A DNA stretch of 63,424 nucleotides, filler included, from Rhabdomonas costata (taxonomy: Eukaryota), in assembly GCA_019059605.1 (NCBI GenBank). It is 41 parts of 41 records of this genome, joined end to end, with 100 filler letters (N's around TTAATTAATTAA, not from the genome) between each part and the next. Parts side by side here need not be neighbours in the genome. Positions count along the whole stretch, not along the records: positions 12,402 to 13,851 come from JAHMHO010015629.1; positions 13,952 to 15,401 come from JAHMHO010015630.1; positions 15,502 to 16,948 come from JAHMHO010015631.1; positions 17,049 to 18,496 come from JAHMHO010015632.1; positions 18,597 to 20,046 come from JAHMHO010015633.1; positions 20,147 to 21,596 come from JAHMHO010015634.1; positions 21,697 to 23,146 come from JAHMHO010015635.1; positions 23,247 to 24,696 come from JAHMHO010015636.1; 33 more parts are not named here. The stretch is one strand, 5' to 3'. Of this stretch, positions 13,125-25,877 are shown piece by piece. Below the pieces are notes generated by a model. It was not told the DNA's origin. It saw only the letters and a list, made by a program, of their open reading frames with translations, and searched no databases. Position 1 is the first letter of the stretch. Every line of letters starts with the position of its first letter. Made by a program: the position numbers and the translations under genes.

Positions 13125-14234
13125 GTATGCCTGGGTTATCCCTCGGCTTGCTTGTCATTGCATACAGACTTTTCTCGACCGGGCGGAATTAGAGTCTTTG
13201 TGTGGCACGTCTGTTAGCGTGTGTGCTAGCGGGTTTTGTTTTGAAATCTGTCGGGGGATGAAAGGACCACCCACATTAGTTACCCGGCGGGTGCCTTTTC
13301 TTTTCATGTCCCACGATTTCACTATGAGCAGACATCGCTTAACAAAACAACCATTGTATTTAACCCATGGGAACTGTCCCTGTCGTTTTGTGGTGACGTT
13401 TCATTCCCATGTTCCCTAACTACGGTGTGAGAGGAGCCGCGTTCTCCTGTGATGTTTTTACGCTTATTTGCGCCGAGACCATGTGTAAATATGATGCGCC
13501 ACAGGAGATGGTGTGAACCTGGCCAGTCGCCTGGAAGCGGCCAACAAGGTGCACTCCTCTGTTTTCTTTCTTCTGCTTGCGTGGAAGTCTTCGATTCACA
13601 AGGCTTATCGGTTTGCCTTTGCATCCTTCGCGATTGCTTGACACCTAGCCCTAGGGACAGCCGATTGCATCTTTGTGATGGGCTTGCGCTCATTATCTCA
13701 TTACTCCGCACGTGCCTCCAGCATCGCCTGTAAAGCGGTTCTTTCACCTGACTTTGTTCCCTGTAAGAGGTCTCGCCACGCTGAGAATCTGATGACTTGG
13801 TCTCGAATTTCAAACAATGCAACTGGCTGATACAATTATGACACACAAAACNNNNNNNNNNNNNNNNNNNNNNNNNNNNNNNNNNNNNNNNNNNNTTAAT
13901 TAATTAANNNNNNNNNNNNNNNNNNNNNNNNNNNNNNNNNNNNNNNNNNNNGTGTGTTGTTAGTTCCGTGCCATCGATTTGCGTCGCGAATGTGGCGTTT
14001 TCCCACTCACACGTACACACTTTCCTCTTGCACACGACGTGAGCAAGTTTGACTTTGATCAATAGCCACGCAACTGTTGGATGCATGCGCGCACTTTTGC
14101 AGAGTGGTCTCAATCAAAGAGCCCGTTGGTTTCGGGAACTGAGCTTGCTGGGGTAATCGGCAGTTGCAGTGCTGTGCTTGACCATTGATGACAAAATCAG
14201 GGGTTCTTGTTTTACTGTCAATTTTTTCTCCTAG

Positions 14235-15256
14235 AGGAATCACCTCCTTCTTCGTCGGCCTCTGCCGCCCTTCCCCCGGGAGGCGGTGCCAAGGCATCTG
14301 CAGATATCCCTGCAGAGCTTTTGGGATGCGTGCAGGTTTACAAGGGCTACAAGCTGGTGTGCCTGACTGCGTGGGTTGGGTCCCTTGCTTTACACTTTCG
14401 GTTTCGTCTTGGCTGTCAGAGAGCAGGGTAAGGCGGCAGGTTAGGAACGCTCTTTTGGAAATGGGAAAGATTGCATTTTTGCAAATTGATTGATATTGGA
14501 TTGCCATTCGAATTTGTGTCTTCGAAATGGAATGAAAGTTGGAATTATGGTGACTTCAGAAGCACAGGTCGGCTCGGCTTATCGCCGCTGAATCAATCGT
14601 GGTGACGTTCTCTCGCCGTTCCATTGCTGCAGCTATATGCACTCGGGTGCAGGCGACAGCCTGGCGCTTTTATTTTTTATGGGAGGGAGGTTTGAGATGG
14701 CGTAGCGTCGTTTCCGATCCCGCCCATTTTTGTGTGGCTTTTTATTGCTTGTTTGTCTCCAGGCCTGCGAGCGGACGCGGGCCCTGCCCCGCAGCGTGCT
14801 CCCTGCGGTGCCAGCCATTGAGGAGCTAGATCCCTTGCCCCTGGATCAGCTGCAGGAGACCGTTGTGAAGTATCGCTACTTGTGCATTCTCTCTGAACCT
14901 CTCGATGTGCACCGCCCCATAGCCATAAGTGACAACAGCTCATCCGTTCCGGATTTTTCAGAGGAGTTGTCCTCGGCCACGTTAACGGTTTTTAGACAGA
15001 GCTGCTCCCTGAACACTCCTGGCGGGTGGTGCAGTATTCTGCGGTTCCTGAGCCGGTGTGTGTACGAGCGGCTTTCCCATGCCCTGCTCAACACTTCATT
15101 CCCCAGTGTGTAAGTTAGAGGGAAACTCCTCGCAGGGTCACTCGGGCGATGGAGCCTGCCCGGAAGGAGGAGTCTGCGCTGCGGCTGGCCATGGCCGACA
15201 AGCTTGCGCTTTTCGAGTGGGTCAACGAGAACCTCTTCGTGCCCATCAAGGCGGAG
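14235..15256 (+). CDS. Unknown protein, exons 14235-14293, 14763-14869 and 15136-15256
   Basis: Three phase-compatible exons with AG acceptors; first donor is AAG|GCATCT. Helical-looking translation (EESALRLAMADKLALFEWVNENLF). Confidence 0.55.
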
Positions 15257-18200
15257 GTGAAATATTGCTTTTGCATTCTCCTCTTCTCACTGTAGTGCTG
15301 CCACTGCTAATGCTGACGTTGCTAATCCATTCCTCCCCAACTGACGAATCCCAAGTCGGCGCGCGAGAAGCGACTTGGGATTCGTCAGTTGGGGAGGAAT
15401 GNNNNNNNNNNNNNNNNNNNNNNNNNNNNNNNNNNNNNNNNNNNNTTAATTAATTAANNNNNNNNNNNNNNNNNNNNNNNNNNNNNNNNNNNNNNNNNNN
15501 NGGGGGTGTGTGGAAAGAGCCAATCACCAACAAAAATCCCGGATAAGGCACCACATTTCGCGTCAAGTCACAGTGGTGTAAAGGTGGTGAGCGACATCTG
15601 GGGGGTGCGATCTACTTCTTGGTATCTGGGAAGGTTCTGCTTGCCGTACACATTAAAGTGCGAGCGGTTTGAGGAGAATTCCACGGTTTATCGCTTCATC
15701 AGGAGAAAAACATCAAACACCTGGGGTACGACCACGGCAATGTTAGCAGACACGTTGAGGTTCGGGTTGAGTGCCCTAACCGCAGGGTCTGCCCATTGCT
15801 TGACATTCCCTGAGGGCACCAGCAGGGAGCTCGGAGTCACGAATACTAGTCTTGCTCCCTTCGCCATAGGCTTTGTACTGCAATCATCCTCAGAAAGCAA
15901 TTGGCACAATTGCTTTGGGACACTTGCCAGGCGGAGGGAGCAAAACCTCATAAACTTCATCTGACACAGTTGCTGTTGCCGAATTCCTCGCCCCCCTCCG
16001 ACTTGGACAGCCACGAAACACAGGCGGGCTTGCGTCGAGGAGAAGGGATTAATTATTCGGCGTCCTGGGGGACATCCAGCTGCCCCTTTGCGCAACGTTA
16101 GGAGAAAAATCCCATCGCAACACGAATGCACAAGAATGGCTGTGGATCGACGTGCAACAGTCAAGAATCACTCACACCCGCCCAGATATCTGCCAGCAAA
16201 CCCCTGGAGACGTTTAGGGAACTGGTGAGGTTGGGGATGCTGTAGGTGACGACCTATGATGGTAACACATGCAATGCCGCATAAGGAGAGGGATAAGGGA
16301 AACTGTCTCATACCTCTGACAGAGAGAATCAAAACATTGCAGCTCTTGCAGCCTTGCTGCACACATTGCTGATCATGCATGTGCACATGAACAAAATGCT
16401 CATGCATGGCTATCACTCCTATCATCTCTCGGTTATTCAAAGTGCATCCTGAAATGGCGAACTGGTTGTAACAGGAGCGCTAGCACTCGGCACTCCCCCC
16501 TCCGACACCAAGAAAGAAAACGACATCACACACACCAGTGGAACAACGGCAAGAGGGATCAGAAGAGTTCCCGGAGAAGCCACTGCGGGGTCCAAAGTCA
16601 CAGCAAAGTCCAGCTGAGAAGAATGAGCGCGCGAGAGTGCTGCCAATCGATGTTGGTGTTCCATTTGGTCAATTCTCAAGGATAGAGAAAAGATCGGAGT
16701 GCAGGGCAGGCGAAAGAAAAGCTGAGGAACACCCGTCAAAAAGACAAAAGAGGTGATGGAAGTTAAAAAGGAACGACGCGGACCTCAGCGCTTAGCCCTT
16801 GCGGAGTGGAGGGCCCCACTTGCACGGACACTTTGCTGGACCCAAGGAACCCCGGAGCCCAAGCCTGCAGCAAGGGAAGCACCAATGAGGGGGCACTGCC
16901 ATTGAGCGTCAGCGCGGAGGTGCCATTTGTAGGAAGCGCCACACCCCCNNNNNNNNNNNNNNNNNNNNNNNNNNNNNNNNNNNNNNNNNNNNTTAATTAA
17001 TTAANNNNNNNNNNNNNNNNNNNNNNNNNNNNNNNNNNNNNNNNNNNNACGGTGAAGTAGGAAATTCAAGGGTGCTGCGTCGAAATAAGTGGGAGCAAAG
17101 ATGTTTGCGCGGTTTTACTGCGCCGAGTAGGTGCCAATTTGGCCATTTTTTTTCACGTTTTTTGGGTTTTTTTATATACTTTTTTAATACCGATTTTAAC
17201 GATTTTTCAGCGAATTTTACGTTTTTTTATACATTTTTACATGGCCATTTTCAAAAGCCAGCAAAAAATGGAAAATAGAAACAACGGTTATAACCTTCGG
17301 GGAACAAAAACCAAAATGCGATACAGATGAAAATGCGTTCTAAGCCAGACCGGGCCGACGCAATGATCCCAACACATTCGTAAGGTGGTTGATAAAGTCC
17401 CACGATTTCTTCCTTGGGGCATGGGTGCGGGCATGCTGCTACGTGGGACCATAATTCACTGGTGTTTGTGCTGTTGCTGTTGGGTGTGCTTGAGGGATTT
17501 TGTATTCCTTTTAAACAGCCGGAATGTGAATCCAAACTTGTGTCAGGGCCGCGCCTTAGCGCGTGCGCCCGCCTCCGCTGTCTGTTTTTCTTCCTCGAAC
17601 TTTTCTTGGTGTTTCCAAATTGTGCGTGTTGGCTTTTTGTGTTTTTGTCTGTGTGGCGCTTCTCTCTCTCTCTCTCTCTCTCGCTCTCTCGCTCTATTTT
17701 CGATGCCTTTTCGCCCGAAGAGTTTTCGGACTGCAGCTGATTTTTGGCTCCATGCGTGGAATAGGACCCCCTGTATCAAACAAGTGATACGGGTTTGTCG
17801 CCTTCAGGGAGCTGACTGGGTTGTCTTAGGTGTTATGCGTCTGCGGGTATTACATCGTGCTTGGTGGTGCTGGTGGTGCTCTATTCTTGGTGGTTCGAGC
17901 TCAAAACACCACCACTGTTGCAGCGTTGCAATGCTGGAAAGGCAACACAATGCTGGAAAGTCAACACTATGAACCAAAATTAGTCGCCAGGGCACCTCAC
18001 AGGAGACCAAAGATCAATTTCTGCTTCATCTTTTACGTCCAAAAATTTTACGATTTTTTAACGATATTTAACGATGTTTTACGTTTTTCGAGAACCCTGT
18101 ATTTAAAAAAAATTTCAAGTTTTTTTTTTACGTCTTGTACGAACGTAAAAAATTGACTAACCATGCCCAAACCGACGACAAGTGACAATCTTCTCTCCCA

Positions 18201-18854
18201 CAACAAAGGATCGAAATGATGTAAGCTGACAAAACCATTGCAGTCGCACGACACCTGCTTTAGCAGCCAGTATGACAACACGAATGATTACAAGAACTTT
18301 TGAACAGACAAGAGCTGACAGAAGTAGAAGAAAAGCATGACAATTGAACTAAAGAGAACAAAAAGCGCAACCGGTCCGCAACAGAGACACGGTAACAGTA
18401 CGCAAAAGAACAAGGAAAGCACACAGTCCGCTCTACTTCATCCTTTCGCTTATGTCTTGCGCCTTGGCCACAACAACACACCCAAGTCGAGAAAAANNNN
18501 NNNNNNNNNNNNNNNNNNNNNNNNNNNNNNNNNNNNNNNNTTAATTAATTAANNNNNNNNNNNNNNNNNNNNNNNNNNNNNNNNNNNNNNNNNNNNGTGT
18601 TGTGTGTATGTGGCCGACTCAAACGTTGTCCACAAGTGCGAAACCAAAGCGAAGCGTACATTAGGAGCACACGCCTTTTGCAAATGCAACATTACGTCTT
18701 TGCTCTGATTTTCTCTCCTTTTTAGAAGTAAAAGTCTTTGTCGGGCTGCTTGGTGAAGAACTTTGAGTTGAAAAGAGTGGGGACCCCCGTCCCGCGAGTG
18801 AAGCAATGCGAAGCGAAATTTCCCGTAAAGAACTGGCCCCGCTGCCGTGTTTAG

Positions 18855-19812
18855 GCCTCGGCCCTTTTCCTCTTGGAGGGGTAACTATTTCTTAATTACC
18901 CCGACTTTAATTGGAGAGAATAGGAACTTAGCAGCGGTTGCGGTGAGGGGTTGCCGCGCACAGGAAAGCCCGGAATGGCCGTCAAAAGCTACCGCAAGGC
19001 ATATCAGCTCACCAGGGAGCTTCCTGTATACCAAGGTTTGTGTTTCTGTATGGATATTTCTGCGGGTATGTGCTCACTTTTATGGGCTGTTGTCCACGTG
19101 ATGTCCAGGAAACCCTTCTGACTTGTTTTGTCCCTGGCCCCTGCATTTTGTGTCCGTACGTGCGTGTAAGTTTGGGGACGGGCATGGCGCACTCAGAGGT
19201 TAGGGGAATCGGGGGCATGAGATGCTGGAGAGTGCATTATGGGCTGTGTGCCGTGCACGTGTCTGGTTTGCGGGTGGGTGTGGCAGGTCTTGTTGAGTCC
19301 TACCTGTTCAACAGTCAGCAGTCAGAAGCCCGGGTTTTCGCTCAAGAGGCGCTGGAGGCATACCCCGACAATGCCCTTTCCCTGACCCTTGCCGGAAATG
19401 TCTACTTCAATGCAAAGATGTGGGGCAAGGCATGGGAGGGCGTTTTCACCCGTGCGTGTGTGTGATTTGGTGCGGAGCCGAGCGCACGCTCGAGTTTGTG
19501 GTTCTTCATGCGTCTCTGGTTTCCCGACGCACACGATGCACTGTGCATGATTTCACCGCGAATGCGATCTTTTGCTATGTCCTGGACACCAGGCTCATGT
19601 TTGTATGGCGTCCACTGATATTAGAGCAAAAACGACCCGGGAGTGCACCTCAATGTGTGGAATTGTTGTGCGCGTTATTGACCTGGTGGCATTTTATAGG
19701 CCCGCAAGGCCTACGAGAAGGCTCTTTCGCTGAACCCCAATTGCATGGAGGCGGTGACCTCCATAGTGGAGCTTGACTGCTCCGAGAACCGCATTTCCGA
19801 GGCCATTGCCAG
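18855..19812 (+). CDS. TPR protein, APC7-like; exons ~18855-18876, 18964-19035, 19287-19429, 19700-19812
   Basis: GKPGMAVKSYRKAYQL..VYQGLVESYL..EARVFAQEALEAYPDNALSLTLAGNVY..KARKAYEKALSLNPNCMEAV fits the TPR consensus and recalled plant/animal APC7 (YQGLVxSYL). GC donor at 19430. Confidence 0.7.
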
Positions 19813-20729
19813 GTTATCTGTGCCTCGGGGTTTTCGATTCAATCCTTGCCGTCGAATTATGTACTCCCTACCCACTGCCACTCTTGAATGGTCAGAAGCT
19901 TCCACAACAACACGAGAAGGCTTGTCTCTTGCTCCCTTGAGGGAGTTCTGAGCTCCTCTTCTTGCAGAAAGAGTCTGCTTTTCTTTGCTGTCGCGAGTGT
20001 GAGCATATGCAGGGTAAGTCCAACGTTCACCAGGCAATCGCTTGACNNNNNNNNNNNNNNNNNNNNNNNNNNNNNNNNNNNNNNNNNNNNTTAATTAATT
20101 AANNNNNNNNNNNNNNNNNNNNNNNNNNNNNNNNNNNNNNNNNNNNTGTGGGTGTGTGAAAATGATTGTGACTTAGGCTGTTTAACACCACACAGACATA
20201 AAGATTTTTATTTCAGTAACACCACACAAAAATCTTTATGTCTGTGTGGTGTTAAACAGCCTAAGTCACAATCATTTTCAGACGCCATCACCAAAACAGC
20301 GAAACAAAATTTAGACAGGATGCAATTAAGCACAATGTTACATGATTTTAGGCATGGAAGCAAGTGGTTTACTTAACGTGCCATGCTTCCGTGCTGTTGA
20401 GTGCTGTGTTATGTAGTGTGTTATTTTATTATTTGTCTGAGGTGCCAAAATGGGCTTTAGAGAGGTTAAAAACACCAATAAACTGGGTCTTCTGAAATAA
20501 GTTGTGTGCCAAAATAGATGGCCAGTAAAAATTGTCATCAAAAAAAAGCAAAAAATTCTGCATCTTTGTTACGTTTCCACTATTTATCAATTCCAGCTCA
20601 AAAACTCTGCGCACAAAGTAAACCTCTCTCAATACAGCGTTTCTGAGAATAGGTAAAACCGCTCAAGTTTTTGCAATTTGTTTTTTATATATTTAGCTAT
20701 TTTAACCGTATTATTTTGCTGATTTTTGT

Positions 20730-21560
20730 GAAATAGATAACCAGTTAGATGAACCTTTTGTTCGTATTCACGTAGCATTGGCATGTGAGTGTGTAACGGC
20801 TCGTGACAAGTAAATAATAGACAAGCACACGTTGGTGTTTGTGGTATTCAAAATGTTCAGAGTAGTTTGAGGTGCATAGAGATTTGTCTATACACGTGAG
20901 TTGTGAGTGGTGTTCGACCAGGCTAAAGATTGAAGTTGAATTCTTTAGTTAAGGGAAAATAAGGGCTTTGTTGAGACAATTTTTGCTGGTTATTTTCTAC
21001 AAAAAATGCTCAAGTGTTTACAAATGCATCTGGTGAAGTCAGTAGCGGTTAAATGAGTATAAAGCTGAAAAATAAATGGAATCAAGAGCTTCATCTTCCG
21101 AACGAGGCACGTTTGAAACATAGCATCCGTAATATGTAAATACATGCCTTGCGGATAAGTAAATCAATAAAAAGCTAAGGTGTGAGATGTGTGCGAAAGA
21201 ACAATGAGTTAATATATTGGTAGTGAAAAAACGGTATGAGAGAGGCAGAGGATAAGGTAGTTCATGAAGTAAGCGGAGACTAGAATTTGTGATCAAACCC
21301 CCAGATATATGCACACTGGAGCACACATATACATTAACGCCCTGTGTCAAACAATGGCTAATCAGATGGCGAAGCTAAAACTTTTGTTGATGAGATAAAT
21401 AATTGCGATGGTAAAAGCGATCCTTGTTGCACAAGTACATTTATTTTTGTTGCGTTTTTTCCAATACGGGATCTACAAAGTGAAGATCCTGCACGCAATA
21501 AACTGATCCCCTAGCTCAGTTTCAGCGCACGCGTTGATTTGAGCGTCCACGTTAGTTCCG
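20730..21560 (-). mobile_element. Highly decayed AT-rich coding remnant, possibly the APE endonuclease of a LINE
   Basis: Degenerate motifs in APE order across stops and frameshifts: INACAETEL (DIxxLxET), TYYGCYVSNVPRSEDEALDSIYF (IxxYAP..DxFY), KEFNFNL (GDFN), LVYYLLV (IDYILV), KVH (SDH). Confidence 0.4.
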
Positions 21561-21838
21561 TAATAGCCTACCTTCCAGACTCCTTCCAACACCACANNNN
21601 NNNNNNNNNNNNNNNNNNNNNNNNNNNNNNNNNNNNNNNNTTAATTAATTAANNNNNNNNNNNNNNNNNNNNNNNNNNNNNNNNNNNNNNNNNNNNTTTT
21701 GTTTTTGGACTCCATAATTCCATCTGTGTTCCCTTCAATAACCTTCGGGTCCTGCAAGTTCTTATGGTACTCATCACATGGTCTATAGTGATGCTTCGCT
21801 CGCTTTATCTCTGCCCGAAAGAGCACACATTCATAAAC

Positions 21839-22775
21839 CTGGGCGGTGTAGCCTGCGAGGCCAAGAAGGCGTCCATCTGCGCCGTACACTCTTGCTGCAG
21901 CTGCATCACCTCATCGATAAAAGGACTGATAGCTTTTCCTAATGCGAAGTGTGGTGTATTGCATTGTTCTCTCATACAAACCACGTCACACCCATACTGT
22001 TTGGCACAAGACAAGGGTTGGCATTTGGAGATATTTCTCCAGGTCGGGCTTCTGATCAACTCTCCCTCTCTTTTAGCTGCTGCTGTTTCGGGGGACTGAT
22101 GAGCCCCTCTGCTGCTGGACACAGGTTTTGAAGGTTTGGAAACCTCATAGGAGCATTAGAGCAGAAGTTTGATGAGCGCCCAACCTTCTGCGCTGGCCCA
22201 GAGCAACAGGATTAACAAGGAATATCATTCCTCCTTTCTCTTTCGCGAACCGATAGCTCAGCCTCAGTGCTAACCGCAAGTCCTCTCCACGCAGACACAA
22301 GCCTACCCACACAGAAAGAAAGACAAACCCAGAGAAGACTGAAGAAACGCTGTTGGGACGACCCCGACGGACTCGGGAAGGGGCTTCCCCGTCAAAAACA
22401 GCACGGCTTCCTGTGAGGTGGAGACACCGAAAAGCCACACCAGGGCATGTATCAATGAAGAGCATCACCCTGCTGATCTCCTCTTCGTCCGCAGAACTTT
22501 TCTTTTGACACACTGACGCACTACCCCCGGTGAAGGTCATGTGGAGAGTTTTTCTGCCTTCCCACAACGGGGTGGATAGGAAACAAAAGTTTTTGAAGAA
22601 AAGTGAAGGCAAACAAAAGCATCCCGCCACATTTCCGCCTGCTGGAGTCGGAAAGAAGGGCACAGGCGAGCACACATGCCTGTGTGAAGTGGTTGCAATT
22701 GTTCCGCAGGATGTGGTAGGCCCCCCCGCTGTACCGGGCGTGCTCCACCTCCATCGTCCACAACTCATAAACGCT
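21839..22775 (-). CDS. PPPDE/DESI deSUMOylase-deubiquitinase family; confident exon 22680-22775, probable later exon 21839-21938
   Basis: YSGGAYHILRNNCNHFTQ contains the catalytic NCNHF motif, followed by donor CAG|GCATGT. GKAISPFIDEVMQ resembles the DESI1 C-terminal helix. Confidence 0.75.
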
Positions 22776-24224
22776 CTGTCACAGCAAACGGAGACAGAGG
22801 GTGGAGGACCTCCCCACCCCGCAAGAAACCGCACTGCGCATACCAACATCACAGAGAAACAATTGCGGTACTACGTTGCACGCATACGTAGAAAGGAGAT
22901 GAAGGTGGCTCTAAGCAAGCCTTTGAAAGTCTCGGAACCACATCGTTGTTCCACCCATTGCGAATCGTCTGCTTGAATGGTCGGAACGGCGCATCGTACT
23001 CTAACCCCCGTTGGCGTATATGCTTCTCTTCACCTCTTCTTCTGCGTTGCTGCGTGGGATCCTTAGACCAAGACCTTCTGACCACACAAAAGCCCAAACC
23101 CATGGTATGTCCCATGAACCACGCACACGCAGCCACCCACACCCCCNNNNNNNNNNNNNNNNNNNNNNNNNNNNNNNNNNNNNNNNNNNNTTAATTAATT
23201 AANNNNNNNNNNNNNNNNNNNNNNNNNNNNNNNNNNNNNNNNNNNNGGGTTTGTGTCACCAGGAAATTCAATATCACGACCGTGGTAAAACATCAAAACT
23301 TCAAGTGAATCCTGAAAAGCTGGACCGGAGGTCAAAGTTCAGAGTTCAATGTTCAATGTGACCAGTTTCATGTTCAATACAGAGCAGTTCAAAGTTGAAT
23401 TCGATGCAATGCAATGCAATGCAAACCTGTAGCAACCGAAAGGCACATGACTTTGGTCGCGTCTAGAGTCCGGCCGGCAACACAAAAAGTGAAAGGGAGG
23501 GGAGCACAGCGAGCTCGTCGCGACATGCGCGCATGCTCCCAACCACACCTGACGTTCATGTGTTCAATGAGCGTCTCGTCAGAGAGCGAGACATTCCAGA
23601 TCCGGAACTCATCAATGAATCTGAGAACACAGACCAATGCCCGTAGCTATGTAGGCAGCCCACAGAAAACATTCACAGATTGTTTTTTATGATCCGGCGA
23701 AGTGATCCAAAAAGGTTGGGCAGCACCAAAGCAAACCGTTTCTTCCGACGACGAGGGGAACACATCATGCACAAAATGGCAAATAAACATTCCTGGACAG
23801 AATCCAACCAAATCAAACGTAGGGCAGGTTTCCCCTCTTCTCCACACAGCACCCACATCGTATTTACATAAATCAACCCACTCCAAACGGGGCCAGGCAA
23901 CTGGCTCTTGGCCGCCTGAAGCCCACAAACATCACAGCATTTCTCGTCGGGAGGAGGAGGGGGGGATCAGGGTCATGTCGGCACCTGCTCAATTAGAGTG
24001 TTCAGAAAACCCTCATCTCGTCCACACCCGCGCACCAATGCTGGGGTCCTCCCAGAAAAGGATGCGCTGTAAGGACCCCCCTGGATCCAAATGAGCTCCG
24101 CCATGCTGTAGGTCGCCATCTCCCGCGTACCTGACTCGTACGCGGAAGGCTCCCAACTCGCTCCCCATTGCACTGACTGAGAAGGGGTAAGAATGCCGGG
24201 GCGGTGGTCTTCGAGGGGTGTGAA

Positions 24225-24696
24225 CAGAGGACGGGCGAGAGCGATTGCCGCTCGAGCAACGGAAGCTTCCGAGATTTGGTGGTTAAGCTTCGTGGCAAAC
24301 AGATGTTTCAGCATCGCCGTGAAGCCGTCGGTATTTTTGTGTGATCTTGCGGTTCAGAGATCGAGCGGCAGTACTTGTAGCTCCGTAGGTGTGAGAGAAA
24401 GCTCAACCGGCTTTCTCGCATGGTCCGGTGTACTTCTCTTGATAACCGCTGCAAGGTCACGGACTTCTTGCGCTAGTCGTGGTCTGCATTCCGAAGTCCA
24501 CTGCTATAGGGCGGGCGAGAGGTGGCCCAGAGATGAGGATGTCTGCGGGAATAAGGTCTGGTCGTTCCGGAAGGGGAAGTTAAGTCAGTCTGCGTAGAAA
24601 AGCCCGAAGTGGCTGCCCCTGCACACACATCGCGGAGGAGGTAGTGGTCTCTGCTGATGTCCCCGTTATGTGAGAAGGTTACGAGGTGCGTTCCCA
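24225..24696 (-). mobile_element. Degenerate 3' end of an RLE-type (CRE/R2-like) non-LTR retrotransposon
   Basis: Knuckle remnant GTHLVTFSHNGDISRDHYLLRD, then RPDLIPADILI..PIAVDF..EKY..CEKAG*AF..TYG (PD-D/ExK restriction-like endonuclease), with stops and frameshifts. Confidence 0.72.
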
Positions 24697-25515
24697 NNNN
24701 NNNNNNNNNNNNNNNNNNNNNNNNNNNNNNNNNNNNNNNNTTAATTAATTAANNNNNNNNNNNNNNNNNNNNNNNNNNNNNNNNNNNNNNNNNNNNTTAC
24801 CACAAAGGAGCAAAGAAAACCCCAACAGGAGAGCCTAGAGTTTATGCAAACGCTCAGTCCAAGATAAATGCAATTTCAGGGACAAACATGATTTGGGGAC
24901 GCGCCCATCCTGCAATACCTAGAAAACAGAAACTGGGAATCGAGCATCACAGCAATATAACGGCATGGCGAAATTGGGGCAACATTCACAAGAAAAAATG
25001 CCTCAAGAACTGTAAGTTGTAATTGTTACAGAAAAAGGAAACTTTCGCTCATGCGAAGGGAGGGGGGAGGCCACCAAGACGTATTTGTAAATTCTCGACA
25101 GAGAAAGAAATAAGTGCCTTCGTTTCGGCAGACTAACGCCAAAAAGCAGCTTCCGCCCCGATTTCATCAATTCCATCCCCACTTCTGTGGGAGCCGTTTT
25201 CCCTCTCCCCCATCGGGCAGCACTGCCAATTGACGGAAGATTTGTTTTAACCATTCTTGCAGCTCTCTTCGCAACTGCCACACAAAAGGAACTCCTGCTA
25301 ACCTGGAACAGAACTGGAACAACACCAATAACAACCAGCCTCTCGAGTCAATCTGAAGTGTGCGTGATTGTTTTCGTGTTTCCACGCACGCACGCACGCG
25401 AAGACAAGAAAACAAGGTGACATAAACCCGAAAAAATACTTACACTGATTTAAGGCGATTCCGTTCCTTAAGCACCCTCCCTCCTTCTCCCCCACCACCA
25501 CCGCAGAGAGACAAC

Positions 25516-25877
25516 CTCGATACACGCGCGGAACGCGAATAGGTCGTGGCCGTCGACGACCTGCACGGCCCACCCGATGGCCTCGAAGCGCTTGCCGGTG
25601 TCCTCGCTCTGCGACATCACCGCCATCGCATCCAGAGTGACCAGGTTGTTGTCATAGATCAGGATGAGGTTGTCCAGCTGCACATGCCCGGCGTACGCCA
25701 AGGCCTCCATCGCCACCCCCTCCTGCATGCACCCGTCCCCGCACAGGCACACCACGCGGTTGTCGAAGATCCGGTGCGCGGGGGTGTTGAACCGGGCCGC
25801 GGCCATCTTCTGGCTGACGGCATACCCCACGGCGTTGGCCACGCCCTGCCCCAGGGGCCCTGTGGTCGCCTCCACCC
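25516..25877 (-). CDS. TKT: Transketolase, internal exon (TPP-binding domain)
   Basis: [45 protein letters not shown] acceptor and GT donor. Confidence 0.96.

Noticed and set aside
6717..19812. CDC20 and APC7-like genes as an APC/C cluster
   Set aside because: They are on different contigs; proximity comes from concatenation
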